From: Nitrospirales bacterium | GTDB lineage: Bacteria > Nitrospirota > Nitrospiria > Nitrospirales > UBA8639 | Direction: 5' to 3' | Assembly: GCA_965203295.1 (NCBI GenBank) | Contig: CBDBCZ010000018.1 | Coordinates: 1,632,001 to 1,696,000 of the forward strand | Length of the DNA: 64,000 nt | Part shown: piece by piece, positions 1 to 12,914 of the stretch | Numbering within the stretch: position 1 is the stretch's first letter | Layout: the number at the start of each line of letters is the position of its first letter | The notes under the pieces: model-generated | Databases searched by the model: none | What the model was told of the DNA's origin: nothing | What the model saw: only the letters and a program-made list of their open reading frames with translations | Position numbers and translations under genes: made by a program

Positions 1-1645
1 ATATATTCATACTAAATCAGTTTGTTTCATCATGTGACTGAAATGACCCCTTATTGATTAGGTCAACTTTAGCCTGCCTCGTACCCATTTGCGTTCAAGG
101 ATAATATTTTGCTGATGGATTTAGCTTGGGAGATTGATTACGAATACTTGCAACAGCGCAATTATTTAGGGGGTTACACATAATATTATGCCTCATTCCA
201 AAGCTCCACTCCCCCATGTTAGGCATACATACTACACTCGCACTCCTCATTCTGCATGGATGGTGAATATTTGCATCCATGGGTTCTATACACACTGTGG
301 AATACAGCACTCCAAGAAGCGCATGAGCCACTCATAAGCTACTGGTATTACTATAGCCTGGTTTCTGTGAATATGAACATATCTACTTGCTATTGTACTA
401 CAATTCTTATGTAGTTGGATATTAATTGTCTTCACCATATCTGGTCCCTTAAAAGTTATTCCTGTACTAGAGCATTTTTGCATTGATTGACACTACTGTA
501 AACAGGCAACAATTTCCAATCAGATAGTGTTACATCTATAGCCTAGTAATCAAAGTAGCACTGTGCGGTAACGATTAGCCTGAGGGTACATGGTATAGCA
601 CGTGTAGCTACTGCATAATCTACAAAAGCAAGTGTTGCTACAGTTTCATTCAAATCAGCACTAGAATTGAATTACTTCCCCTTGGCTCTAACTGCCGGCG
701 GCAGTCAGAGCCCAGGAGGTGTTGTGTCACTGTGCTGCTGGGGAATAAATTCTGTACAATTTTAAAGGACGACCGCAATAACATAGACCAAAAGCTAGTT
801 GAAGCTCAGATTAATGTAGTAGAGTTTCCATTTATTATATACCCAAATCTTCCTTGCACAGAGAATTTTGTTTATTGTATTATAAAATGGACAATGTACC
901 CGCAAATACTTCAAATGTTGAATCAGATGCTGTATTAAATCAACTAAGAAATTAACGTCTTTACCAGTAATTTACCGTAGAATCGGGAGTATAGCGACCT
1001 GTCACAGTCAATTTGGTCCACTTTCAAATTCGTTCCCCCCGGAACAAATTTTTCAGAAATATATGGCAACCCCCCCCCCCCCCGGCTTGCACATGCAAAT
1101 TTGGATTGATTGCTTGCCACCTGTTTCAAGAAACGCAAGTCAGTGCCTGTCAGAGGTGTAGAAAAGATGCTCATGCTTATCTCGTATACATGTACTGTCT
1201 TTTGGATGGCTGCAATGGCGGAGAGTGACAGCAAAAAGAGAGACCAGATACTTGATTATGCAATTCCCTAATTAGCCCATCATTACCTCCTGTTTGTTAT
1301 TTTTCTGTGAACTATCTTGGGTAGATATAGCAGTACTCCCAAATCCTAAAAAGGGTATTCTTAATTTTTTTCTACCTGTCTCTAAAATGCACTTGTGTTT
1401 GAATGGCCGCAGGGTTGTTCAAATGTGAACCCTATGGACAAAATGTGGTTAAGATTATAGCAACAGTGTATCATGAAACCACATTAAAATGTCTGTCAAT
1501 TAAGCCTGCAAATTTGAGAATATGGAAAATACCTTGCCATGTTCCCTATTTTGTGTTTGGTCAGCAAGCACCACAACTCATTGCCTCAATTGAATATTGC
1601 GTTTTATTGGCAAATGGCTGTGCTCAGTTCCTACTGTTGAGTGCA

Positions 1646-1856
1646 TGGACACTCTCTAAATAAAGGACAAAGGCTGCCGTACCAAAGTGTCCGCTATTTA
1701 GAGAGTTGACTGTTGAGTCATTGAATGCTTATATTAAAGTTATTTTTAACATCATTTAAGCATGAATTTTACAAAACTCCCCAATAAAGGACACTCTCTA
1801 AATAAAGGACAAAGGCTGTCGTACCAAAGTGTACGCTATTTGTAGAGTTGACTGTA
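1646..1856 (+). repeat. Two direct copies of a ~67 bp right-half fragment of a pogo/Tc1-like MITE
   Basis: ggacactctctaaataaaggacaaaggctg.cgtaccaaagtgt.cgctatt..agagttgactgt at ~1647 and ~1789; the second ends ...actg|ta like the CAGT-type MITE at 18891. Confidence 0.55.
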
Positions 1857-2020
1857 CGAAACTTTATACTATATAAAACAAAAGCAGTTTCATACTCTCA
1901 CTGAGAAAACATACACTTGCATAGAAAGCAACATAAAACCTCAACTAAAATTATGATGTCATTGCACTACATTAGTTACTACAATCTGTTGCTAGTCGAT
2001 TTTGCCAGTCAAGTGCACTG

Positions 2021-4372
2021 TTACTTTCCTTTAGGTTCAAAATCTGATTTCAACTAACGGAGCCGTTCTTTGTGTTGCTCAAGGTCCTTGATCATCTTCT
2101 CCAACTGACAGGCCTATTTAGAATTGGACCCCTGACCTGTACGATACTTGTAGATGTCATATGCACCTTTTACTATCACGAAGAGATCGAGTGGAACAGC
2201 AACAGCATCGAAAACGACACCTGCAACACTAAGGCCACCAGCGACTGTTCTCAGACCGGTCCAAGCAATCCGAGTTGTTGGAGCAAATCGACCAGCTTTA
2301 ATGCCGATCCTGACGGCATCTATACCTGAATCAATCAGTTTGTATCCATCATAAAGTACTTTTATGACTCCGCCACCTACAAAATACAAGTGATAACAAA
2401 AGACTTATAAAATTTTACAAACTTAATTTTATCACTAGCTACTACATAACATCATGGTCATAATTATAACTACACAATGTCATGTATAATCTGTAAGAAA
2501 ATGGCTATTGGTCCAGCAGTCCGGTGGTTGATTTTTGGGTTAGGGTTAGAGTTTTAGGGTCAATCAAATCTGTAACTTGCTACAGGCATGCTCCATGCCT
2601 TCATAATTCTGCAGACCCCTGCTTCAATGCCTTATACATAAATGTCATGGACTATATACAACAACTATTATCTCTCTCTCATTCTTCAATACATGTACAT
2701 GTACTATACAATTCTTGGGGGGAGACATACTATTGCTGACACCTTAGATTCGTGATTTTAGACCGGTGTCAGAGTCGTCAGTGACTCCCCGGTAACGCAC
2801 GCCTAAGGCTGTAATGACTCCCCGTTGGCAGATATGACTTCCCCCATACGGTACGCAGTACAAGTATATAGACTATCCTCGTCAGTATGATGTCATTATT
2901 GCATAATCCAGGAAATGAACCCAGTTTGATTGCTATCTGACACATGTTCTCCATGTTTTTGTCAGTAAAGCTGTAACAGTCACAATATAATCTTTTGATA
3001 AACGGCGCTAGCCCTCCGCGGCGTCACAGAATAACCGCACTAACTCTACTAACCTAGGCGGTGTAGTAAGCCTTCCTTTGCGTGTGATACACTTGTCCAG
3101 TTCTCAGACCCTTCACCTTCGGGCCCAAAGCGTGACTGACTTCAGAGTTAATTTCTCTATTTTTCCCTCGCGATTCTGACACCTTGGTTGCCTTTGGAGG
3201 CAAAATCCTGTCGCCTCTTGAGTGATGTTCCAGAATGACTGAAAGACGCAACGAGGCCTCATCAGGAAAGCGCTTGTCCCCGACAGGAAATACGCAACAG
3301 CAGGCTGCTAAACGCCTATAGTCTCGTGAACTAGCCCACTTAATTTCCGCAGTGCCGATCGCTCAATTAGTATGCGGCCGAAAGCGATCGGTGCTGAGGA
3401 TCAAAGTAGGCTGGCTCGCGAGACTACTAAACGCCCACCACGACGAAGAGCAGATGGTAAAGTACCCCACCGCCCTCGCGGAGACAGTTGGTATTCACTA
3501 GTTTGTTTGTAGCTCATTCTTTACGGCTGCCTACCACGTTTTCGCCATCTAGGCAACAAAACACTATCTTCATTTGCTGTAGTTTGGCCTACAAACCTCC
3601 AAAAGCTGCTATACATAGCGCGAGGCTATCCTATACACTGCAGTTGATAGTAACATTTTGCGTGCATCGTTTCCCCCTCCCTTTTAGGTCACGCGGAACT
3701 TCATCAATCACCGCTAGGATACGCAGCTTGTCGGACCTCCTCTGGGACAAAACGAATTGCTTAACCCCGCTTGCGTATACGCGCGTGGGGTAAAAAAGTC
3801 TATCACTATTTTGACTACTAGGGACGGCCGGACAGGACCAAGGTCAGTGTATGTTGAAAGTATACATATTACCACTCACTTCTCGAAATCAATCCATAAA
3901 TCCGATCTTTGAAAGCTGGATACTTGCGATTCAGCTGTGAAATAGCTGTGGCCAAATCCTTACTTGTTTCACAAACAGTAGAGGACAATTCTTTGTCACG
4001 TTTGATCACCCTTTCGGCTGTCTTCATCTGCGATTTAGATACAAGCCAGTCACCGATGTAAGCACCTCTCTGTCACACCGCCACCAGCTGCAACAATTGA
4101 TCCCGCAGTGGTGAGGCCTAGGCTTGCACCAAACGTTACGAAGCTCAACCCAAAGCCAATGATGGCCATGGTACTACCCGCAACAGCAGCAGATGCACCA
4201 CTTACTTTTGCTATGGTGCGATATGGTAACTTTCTTCAATTGTCTTTTGAATATCTCTCAGGGTGGCGAGAGTTCCTGCTCGGCTATCCTCCCATTTGGC
4301 AATGTCTTTTGATAGTTTCTCTGCTATTTTAGTAGCACTATGAAACCTATCGTCCTTTATTAGATCAGACAT
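2021..4372 (-). pseudogene. Apolipoprotein L-like pseudogene, two exons (4372-3880 and 2376-2021)
   Basis: Exon 1 reads MSDLIKDDRFHSATKIAEKLSKDIAKWEDSRAGTLATLRDIQKTIEESYH/fs/RTIAKVSGASAAVAGSTMAIIGFGLSFVTFGASLGLTTAGSIVAAGGGVT/fs/GAYIGDWLVSKSQMKTAERVIKRDKEL..., the typical ApoL Gly/Ala-rich hydrophobic hairpin. GTGAGT donor at 3879 and TTTTGTAG acceptor at 2377 give a frame-compatible phase-1 intron. Exon 2 reads ...VAGVVFDAVAVPLDLFVIVKGAYDIYKYRTGQGSNSK*ACQLEKMIKDLEQHKERLR*LKSDFEPKGK*. Two frameshifts plus in-frame TAGs. Confidence 0.85.
3319..3426. mobile_element. TAG...CTA palindromic MITE with 9-bp TSD (AcademH-like non-autonomous)
   Basis: Termini tagtctcg...cgagacta flanked by ctaaacgcc on both sides; cleaner in the second copy at 45604-45711. 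Confidence 0.75.
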
Positions 4373-5175
4373 GGCCACTACTAAACTTTATAGCCGTAGC
4401 TTATATATTTTTAGCCTGACTTGCATGCAAACTGGTCGATTTATAGGGCCTAGTAAATCACAATTTGCTTTGCCACAAGAGCCAGTGCGCCTTTTATTAC
4501 ACAGCTACTACATTATGTATATAAGATGACTACAATTGACAATGAATTTTACAAAGACAAAGGGTGAATAAAGTAATTTTATTGCCACTGATGTCATGTC
4601 TGTTGTGCTATTTATAGAACACATCATCACTCTGAGACAAGGAAACTGTGTTTTCTCAGGAGTAAACTTAAGTGTTAGGCTGTTAGCTGTTCTAATTTCT
4701 TACCCTGATGCTGTTGGTGTTACCACCCCCTCTCATGAGCTCCATGGATTCACTTGTTAGGCTACTAGTATAATAACTACGCTAAGTCCAGCCAAGTGAG
4801 ACTAGGGAAATCATATGAATAGGGTGTCTGATATCTGTGCATTCATTTAGCCCTAACCCGTACTAGTTCACCCCATTTTAATCCCATAACCAGTACCCCT
4901 AACCATATTTAAATGTTGCAAGCAGAATGGATTCCAATGCCATCTACATTCTATTTCATGTGTATACCTTTACTTCAGTTGGTGTTCTCTTAATAATAGA
5001 TTCCTGTTGGGGTTAGGTGAACAGGTAAAGTTGAGATGATGTTAAAGCAGCTACTAATGGAGAATAAAGAATAAGAAAGCTCATGTGGGAGTGACAGTGA
5101 AAGTGTAGTGCACTGTATGACTTCATTCATAACAGTAACAATGCCACCACTCAATCTCGTGTCTGAGTCTGTTGT

Positions 5176-5228
5176 TTTTCTACCTCAGGCAGACTCTACA
5201 TCAAGTTGAGTCTGCATGAGGTAGAAAA
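5176..5228. repeat. Short palindrome / MITE remnant
   Basis: ttttctacctcaggcagactc-N11-gagtctgcatgaggtagaaaa. Confidence 0.6.
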
Positions 5229-6949
5229 CTAGATCCACAAACCACCAAGTCCATATTCACATGAAGTTGTGTTTAAGAGTGTTTAAGAAGAGGCTTTCCT
5301 CTATGCTGAAGCAGTTTTTTGAGGGGCGTGTACTTACGTAAGAGGTTGGGCTTGTTAGCTGTGGTATATTTAAAAGGTTAAAAAGTATATTTCTGACAAA
5401 TGCCAGTAAAGGAAGTCCCAAGCTAGAGCTAAATCTTGACTGGTCAAGATGATGCATGGATACCGATTGCCGTGAAGAATCCAGGGTGCTTGCTACCCTT
5501 AATGATAGTGGCCTAAACCACAAAAGGTTAATCGTTCACAAGGTTACTATAAAGGATGACCTCATGGGGTAGCTCACAAATAATAGCTTCATAAATTTGC
5601 AGTACGAACACATGACAGCTATACGGACTTCCCTTTTGTCAGTCGTGCACTGTTGCTGTTCACATGTCAAACCCGTGATAAAACCCGCTGTTGCTGCAAA
5701 GCCCTGTATGATTACATTCAGACTGTTAGATAGTGAATGAAATTAGCAGTTTCACAGCCACTGATGCCATGGCTATTGTGCTGTTTAAAAGAACACATTG
5801 GTCACTCTGAGATGAAGAAACTTTGTGGAGCATTCTCAAGAAACAACGGAAGTGTTAGTATAGTTGCTTTAGCTAGTCTAAGACACCAAATAGGAGATGA
5901 AACCATATATTTGATTCTCAGTTAATTCATTCATACAAGTCATGTATTTCTTGGTTATATCTATATAGGTGTTTTCTGTTTTCTATTTTCACTTGAAGCC
6001 GACGATCATGCAAAACATCCAGGAACAGCGAATGCAATACGTATAATTATCCATCTTGCCACTGTACTGATGTATTGACAGGTATAGATTATTTAATTAT
6101 TAATTACCTTCTGTACATGGCTAACCATTCAGTTACAATAACTAGTACCTTGCATGTAGTACGTACCTGTACCTGTAACTGCCTCTTTAGATATGTACTT
6201 TGAACTTTTGAATTATGAAAAGTCATTTTACGTAAATGATGAGAAATCCTGTATATATCTCTTCCCTGACATGACTTACATTTTAATTAACAGGCAAGTC
6301 ATACGGAGCTAATTGAGTTACACGAGAGAAAATGGCAATACAATCCCTACTCCCTACTTACAAGAACATGAACCCACTACATGTTTTAGAAGAGCAGCCA
6401 AACTAGCTAAATGGATTCCAATATTCCAAAGAAGAGGTCTACTTTTAATTTTATAATTTGTTCTGCAGTAGATTCCTGTGGAAGGAGGGAGGGGGTAGGT
6501 GATCAGATACAGTAAACTTTAGAGCAGCTACTAATACTCTGAAGAAGAATGAGGCAAAATAGATACTCTGTCTTTCTTGTGTTGCAGTCCAGTTGATCCA
6601 GTACCCTATGTGAAAGCCTCTCATTAATCATCGTAAAATGCTAACCGTAGTACTTTGTGTCTTATTTTTGCTAGTGTCAATGTGATGCTATACTTAAACT
6701 GTAGTGGCTACCATTACTGTATATACTAACTGAAACTGCACAGCAAATTGTGCAAAGGTGTGATATGGATTCGCCCTTAGAATTGTTTTTCAGAGCACCA
6801 CAATGGGTTAGTTATGAATAGAGTATGTCATAAGATTACAAGTTCAGCAGCTTCCTGTGGGGTAGAGCTATACCTTCCATCTGTACAATCAAAATATCTC
6901 TACAGCAAAAGCTGTAGAAAGAACACACCTCCTGTGAATTGTTCTTAAG

Positions 6950-7234
6950 GATAAACCTATCGCCTCGGGTAAACCGTCTAGCGGAGTATATCTGCGTTTA
7001 TACTCCTCGTAGACGTGGTATATCCGGCTTATACAACATTTGACCAATCAGTGGAATAGGTACCTAGAAACGCTGGGCTAGCATTCCCAGAGGCAGCAGT
7101 TATTTACGATGTCATAATACATGAAAACATAAAAGTAGTATAATAAAACATGAAAACATAAACGTGTCATATGATCCTTTATACTCCGCTTCTGCTCCAA
7201 TCAAACACCTTGGATGTGATGTAATGTGGTATAA
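6950..7234 (+). mobile_element. Degenerate hairpin plus subterminal-IR element
   Basis: Imperfect hairpin at 6967-7026 followed by ttatacaacatt (7029-7040), which pairs with the terminal aatgtggtataa (7223-7234). Confidence 0.5.
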
Positions 7235-7255
7235 AGCACAAATATACTGGCATGA

Positions 7256-7446
7256 TCTAGGTATAGCTTAGAGCTTGGGCGGCTATGTTCTAACTAGGCC
7301 GAGGCGAAGCCGAGGTCTAGTTAAAACATAAAGCTGCCCATGCTCTGAGCCATTTAGTATATGCACATCTTCAGCTTCTTATGCTCTATGGGATTCTTAC
7401 TATACTCTATAAATTATTCCATACACTTGTTACTATAGAAACATGA
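7256..7446 (+). mobile_element. Hairpin insertion centred on gccGAggcGAAgccGAggt
   Basis: Palindrome at ~7262-7352; the paralogous unit at ~11631 has the empty site atatactggcatgaactagtg. catga occurs on both sides. Confidence 0.7.
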
Positions 7447-7764
7447 ACTAGTGAAAGCATTAGTCTACAATTCCAGGAAAAGGAAAACTGACTGTGTAAG
7501 TAATGAAAATTATAGCTTATGATCTCGTGGGGTGATTCACACCATAATATGCCATATCATAGTCATGCCACCAGGACTGCATGAAATTTTTAGTGCACGA
7601 GTGTGCCAGGAATTCTATACAGTCTGCAGGTAGCCCTAATTAAAATAATAATCTAATCATAATGAAGTTGTTGTAATATACGTATGACTAAAATTTCATG
7701 TAGTAGTAATGTCTGAAAACTTTGAGCTTGTAAAATATGTTATAGGTCTACTTGTATTTTGAAG

Positions 7765-8083
7765 AGGGCAAGTTGTAAAAGCACTCTTGATCTATGGTGG
7801 ATACAAAGTAATTGATTCAGGTATCAAGGTCGGCATACAAGCAGGCAAATTTGCTGCAACAGCTTGAATCACTCGAACTTGTCTGAACATAGTAGTCCAT
7901 AGCCTTAGCAATGCTGGTGTCGTCTTTGATGCTTTTGCTGTTCCATTCGATCGCTTAGTTCTAGTAAAAGCTGCATATGACATCCACAAGTATTTTTACA
8001 GGTGAGGAATCACTACAAAGTGATCAGTTGGAGAGGCTGATCAAGGATTCTAATAAGGAAAACAAGAGCTTCAGTTGAAGTAA
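7765..8083 (+). pseudogene. ApoL-like last-exon relic (inverted paralog of 2376-2021)
   Basis: YGGYKVIDSGIKVGIQAGKFAATA*ITRTCLNIVVHSLSNAGVVFDAFAVPFDRLVLVKAAYDIHKY aligns with YDGYKLIDSGIDAVRIGIKAGRFAPTT...AGVVFDAVAVPLDLFVIVKGAYDIYKY. Homology extends into the upstream intron. Also at 50054-50372. Confidence 0.85.
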
Positions 8084-8448
8084 GCATTTAAATCTGCAGA
8101 TAGTAATGTGATTTTTATACATGTGCGTATACATCAAAGTTGTATCGATACTGTCATATGTATTTGATTCTACTTTTAATGTGTGAATACGTGTAAATAT
8201 GCTACTATGGGTTGTTTACACTTAACTTAGTTGCATCATTTTATCAATGTTTTAATGAGCTTATTGAGTAATTTTGCTACTGGTACGTACGTTTGACTTC
8301 CTATTCAGAAATCTCACACTAATAAAGTACTATACAGACAAATATTTCAATACTGTATAGAGGCACTGAATATTAATTGCTGTCCATTTTATCCCAGCAC
8401 TATTGGCACATTTGAAAATTATTATCCATCTTGCAACTGTATTTTAGG

Positions 8449-8540
8449 TAGTCTTGTTCCCAAGCCTTCAACTAGCTTCTTTTTTTTGCAGTCCATTTTT
8501 TTGCACTGCAAAGCTGAATGAAAGCCTGGGACTGAGGCTC
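8449..8540. mobile_element. TAG...CTA-family MITE, degenerate, with 9-bp TSD
   Basis: tagtcttgttcccaag...cctgggactgaggctc flanked by tattttagg/cattttagg; copy at ~12637-12728. Confidence 0.65.
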
Positions 8541-8729
8541 CATTTTAGGGTCATTAATTAATGGGTGTTTAGCAGAACTAAATCCTGAGAGGCAAAAGTT
8601 GCCTTTCTACGAACAAACTCCATAGTAATATGCTACATTAACACAAAGTGTACATGGTATGCTTTTAGTAAGATTAGTGAACAGTGAAAAGTAAAGGCAA
8701 ATACTGTATAAGAGGTTTGCACATGTAAT

Positions 8730-10420
8730 ATGCTTCAGGTTATATATTCTGTGGATACTTATGGGCATGGCTTGTGGTTTAAGTAAAAGGAACTTGGGTT
8801 AGGGATAGGATGTGGAGAGGTATTAAGAATATGTATTACATCACACAGAGTGCTGTATTATACTAGAGGGGGGGAATTCAAACCATTTAGTATATAGGAC
8901 AGGGAGTAGCACAGGGTTGTATTACATACGTATGTCGCCTATCCTTTTTTTCCAATGAGTTGTTAGTAGGGGTTGAGGACAGGGAGTAGCACAGGGTTGT
9001 ATTACATACGTATGTCGCCTATCCTTTTTTTCCAATGAGTTGTTAGTAGGGGTTGAGAAGGCTGGGATTGGCATTATAAATGGAGGTTGAAAATCTAACG
9101 TAAGAAAAGAGTGCTGTTATGGTATTTCCTAAAGAGGTTAATACAGGTGCATGTACATGGAGGTGGGTGATAAAGACATTCCAGACGTTGTAAGTTACTG
9201 TTACTTAAGCACAGATAATAGTTCATGGGATAATCATGTGCAGAAGGCAATTAATAGTGGAGAGAAAAACTTAATCAATTACATAGGTTTTTAGGTAATA
9301 GGATTATCAGTACAGTTGCAGGAAGGATAATTATTGTTAGTTTCAATACTTCACCCTACTTTAGAATAATTATGGTAGTGAGGTGTGTGCTTGTAATAAA
9401 CGATAAACAGCTTTCTTAGAATTTATACAGCTAAGAGCAGCTAGAAAAATACTTGGCTGCTCTTCCAAAATGTGTAATGAAGCAGAAAGGGGGGATATGG
9501 GGTTAAAATCTTTAAATGCAGGAGGGATAGGTCAATAATTTAGATGATGAGAGATATGTATAGGTTATACGACGAGGGGGAGGTAGTTACTCGATTTATT
9601 CACCGAGTGCCGAAGGCACGAGGTGTATAAATCGCGTAACTACCAACCCCGAGGCGTATAACCGACTTGTACCATGGGCATAGCAACACTGTTCCGTAGC
9701 AACGCACTGCGTTACTATAAAAGTGTCAGTAGCTACGAAGCTTAGCGACAGTGGATTCTGCTGCAAATGTATACCGACAACTGCGGTTTGCCTACTGCCT
9801 TCAACCAGTTCCGCCGTTCTCGCTATTCTCAGTGAGTACCAGCATCAACTTCGTCCTATAACGGTTGTACCTAGCTATCGTTTCAACGAGAAGATACTCA
9901 CCCGTGACCAACGGCGCTCCAGCGCTGCTTAGTCTCGTAGCGTTGCTAGTGTTGTACTCGTCTTAGCTCCGCCCTACGCTCCACCTACCAAATTGTTCGT
10001 TCGGACCCCACTCTTACGTCATTTGTGCATAAGTATTATGTGTCGTACTCTTGATTGTAAGTCATGCACGCTTGCTGCCTCATTTATGTCTGCATTATCA
10101 TTATAATAATATGACTTCCACATTATACTGCTGGTCTATATTAAACAACATGAAAATAGCAGCCTTAAGTCATACCCTCAGGGCCAGGTGAATAAGAACC
10201 CAGACAGGTGAATAAGTGATTTATTGACCTGTGAGCAGTGAATGTGATTGGTCTGTTTAAACAACCATGGTACAACCTAGATTACTAGACAGTGAGTGAG
10301 AAGTAAAACCATATAGAGAGAGGTAGGGATAGGAAGACCTGGGGTTAATTAGAAAGAGCTGCTACTATGCTCTGAGGTAAAAAAGTGTTATATGTCGCAG
10401 TGATAGTTAGAGTGCAATGC
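8730..10420 (+). mobile_element. Degenerate LINE reverse-transcriptase 3' fragment, interrupted by 9558-10275
   Basis: Broken frames give DRMWRxIKNMY..TQSAV, GQGVAQGC..SPILF and NKWRLK..KSAVMVF. Homologous to the reverse-strand LINE at 37028-37300. Contains an 80-bp tandem duplication (8897/8977). Confidence 0.8.
9558..10275 (+). mobile_element. 718-bp TSD-less insertion with 5' long hairpin and 11-bp subterminal/terminal inverted repeat
   Basis: Empty site ...agatat|cctagattac at ~13906 and ~15707. Hairpin 9562-9664 centred on caccGAgtgccGAAggcacGAggtg. ttgtaccatgg (9667-9677) pairs with the terminal ccatggtacaa (10265-10275). Copy at 52010-52727. Confidence 0.85.
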
Positions 10421-11952
10421 CCTGTATGACTACTTATAACATTATCACCAATCTCGTGGTTGTTTTGCACTAGACTAGCCCATTACTTCTGAGCCAATGA
10501 AACTACAACACTTTCTGAGATAATATGTTTTGCCCCCCCCCCCCCCTTGAGTTGCAGTCCAAATAATCCAGTACCCTATGTGAAAGCCTCTCATTAAACG
10601 TCGTAAAGTGCTAACTGTAGTGCTTTGGTGTCTATAATTATAGCTTATTTGAGTCAACTGCACTCCCAAGTGTACAGGTTATGGGTGAGCAGAGACATGA
10701 GTGAGCATAGAATATGATATGGATGAGTAGAGGAATAAGTGTATATTAATTGTTATGTACAACCTCAGGACAATGCAAACCTTGTGAATGTGCTGTAGTC
10801 TTTGGCTGTAGTGTGTCTCCTCTGAGCTATACATTCCTACGAACACACTTTACATGACCCTGTAGCTACTTGCTAGTGTCCATGTGTATACTAATTGAAA
10901 CTGCACAGCAAATGGTGCAAATGTGTGATATGGATTAACTCAGAACACCACAATGTGCTCTTGGTTGAACAGTTTTCAAAATAACTTTTCAAAAAAACTT
11001 TCGAAGAATCCATGCTGGTATGTGGGAACGGAATTGGAGCAGCAACATCAGCTGATGGAGAGAGAAGCTCCTATTCTTGTGTGGTAGCTGCCCCAACTAC
11101 ATTAATTAAATGATGCAGCATATTCGTGAGTCCCCCTACATGAGGTTATAGGCAACACCTCTTTAATTGTGGAGTAGCTGACAATCAGAGAACATTATTG
11201 AATGGTTGTGGTTGTGCACTTTCAATTTTCAAGAGTTCAGCTAGTCCGGCTACAGTAACCTGAAGTGCAAACAACAATTCAGAAGGAAGCAGAAAGGTCC
11301 AAACACAGTCAAGAAGATCACAATTTACAGTGAATTATTAAACCGGCGGGAAAAGCCGCAACTTCAACAGATGGTTATTAACTTTTTCTCAGCATTGTTG
11401 TATGAATTTGCTTGTCAGTTCTGTAGTTGTATTGATTACAATTAGCTTCTCATTAGGCTCTGTAATCTACTAGCTGTCTGTTATGTCACTATGATTTTTC
11501 AACTAAGTCCTGAGCTAAAACCATTTTCCAAGGAAGTACAAACTATGGTTTGAAAATTTGACAGTGATAAATCCACACAACTTATACTACTTTTCTATAT
11601 TAGCTTACTTGCTCTATTTGTATAGCACAAATATACTGGCATGAACTAGTGAAAGCATTAGTATACCATTCCAGGAAAAGGAAAACTGACAGTGTAAGTA
11701 ATGAAAATTATTGCTTATGATCTCATGTGGGATGACTCACACCATATGCCAAATCATAGTCACACCACCAGGACTACATGAAATTTTAAGTGCACGAGTG
11801 TGCCAGGAATTCTATACAGTCTGCAGGTAGCCCTAATTAAAATAATAATCTAATTATAATGAAGTTGTTGTATGACTAAAATTTCATGTAGTAGTAATGT
11901 CTGAAAACTGTGAGTTTGTAAAATATGTTATAGGTCTACTTGTATTTTGAAG

Positions 11953-12270
11953 AGGGCAAGTTGTAAAAGCACTCTTGATCTATGGTGGATACAAAGTAAT
12001 TGATTCAGGTATCAAGGTCGGCATACAAGCAGGCAAATTTGCTGCAACAGCTTGAATCACTCCAACTTGTCTGAACATAGTAGTCCATAGCCTTAGCAAT
12101 GCTGGTGTCGTCTTTGATGCTTTTGCTGTTCCATTCGATCGCTTAGTTCTAGTAAAAGCTGCATATGACATCCACAAGTATTTTTACGGGTGGGGAATCA
12201 CTACAAAGTGATCAGTTGGAGAGGCTGATCAAGGATTCTAATAAGGAAAACAAGAGCTTCAGTTGAGTAA
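11953..12270 (+). pseudogene. ApoL-like last-exon relic, second tandem copy
   Basis: Near-identical to 7765-8083; also at 54404-54721. Confidence 0.85.
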
Positions 12271-12914
12271 GCATTTAAATCTGCAGATAGTGATGTGATT
12301 TTTATACATGTGCGTATGCATCAAAGTTGTATCGATACTGTCGTATGTATTTGATTCTACTTTTAATGTGTGAATACGTGTAAATATGCTACTATGGGTT
12401 GTTTACACTTAACTTAGTTGCATCATTTTATCAATGTTTTAATGAGCTTATTGAGTAATTTTGCTACTGGTACGTACGTTTGACTTCCTATTCAGAAATC
12501 TCACACTAATAAAGTACTATGCAGACAAATATTTCAATACTGTATAGAGGCACTGAATATTAATTGCTGTCCATTTTATCCCAGCACTATTGGCACATTT
12601 GAAAATTATTATCCATCTTGCCACTGTATTTTAGGTAATCTCGTTCCCAAGCCTTCAACTAGCTTCTTTTTTTTTGCAGTCCATTTTTTTGCACTGCAAA
12701 GCTGAATGAAAGCCTGGGACTGAGGCTCCATTTTAGGGTCATTAATTAATGGGTGTTTAGTAGAACTAAATCCTGAGAGGCAAGTTGCCTTTCTACGAAC
12801 AATTCCATAGTAATATGCTACATTAACACAAAGTGTACATGGTATGCTTTTAGTAAGATTAGTGAACAGTGAAAAGTAAAGGCAAATACTGTATAAGAGG
12901 TTTGCGCATGTAAT

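Noticed and set aside
95..1663. Short ORFs of 60-100 aa
   Set aside because: No recognisable motifs; they overlap repeat fragments and are conserved only because of the recent duplication.
2537..2559. gggttagggttag telomere-like motif
   Set aside because: Only about two units; typical of interspersed repeat remnants, not a telomere.
3762..3793. Short palindrome taccccg/ttaaccccgcttgcgtatacgcgcgtggggtaa as a terminator
   Set aside because: It lies in a eukaryotic intron and is more likely a repeat end; element boundaries could not be established.
8897..9056. 80-bp direct repeats as a possible CRISPR array
   Set aside because: Two adjacent identical units with no spacers, inside a LINE RT fragment, in a eukaryotic context with no cas genes.
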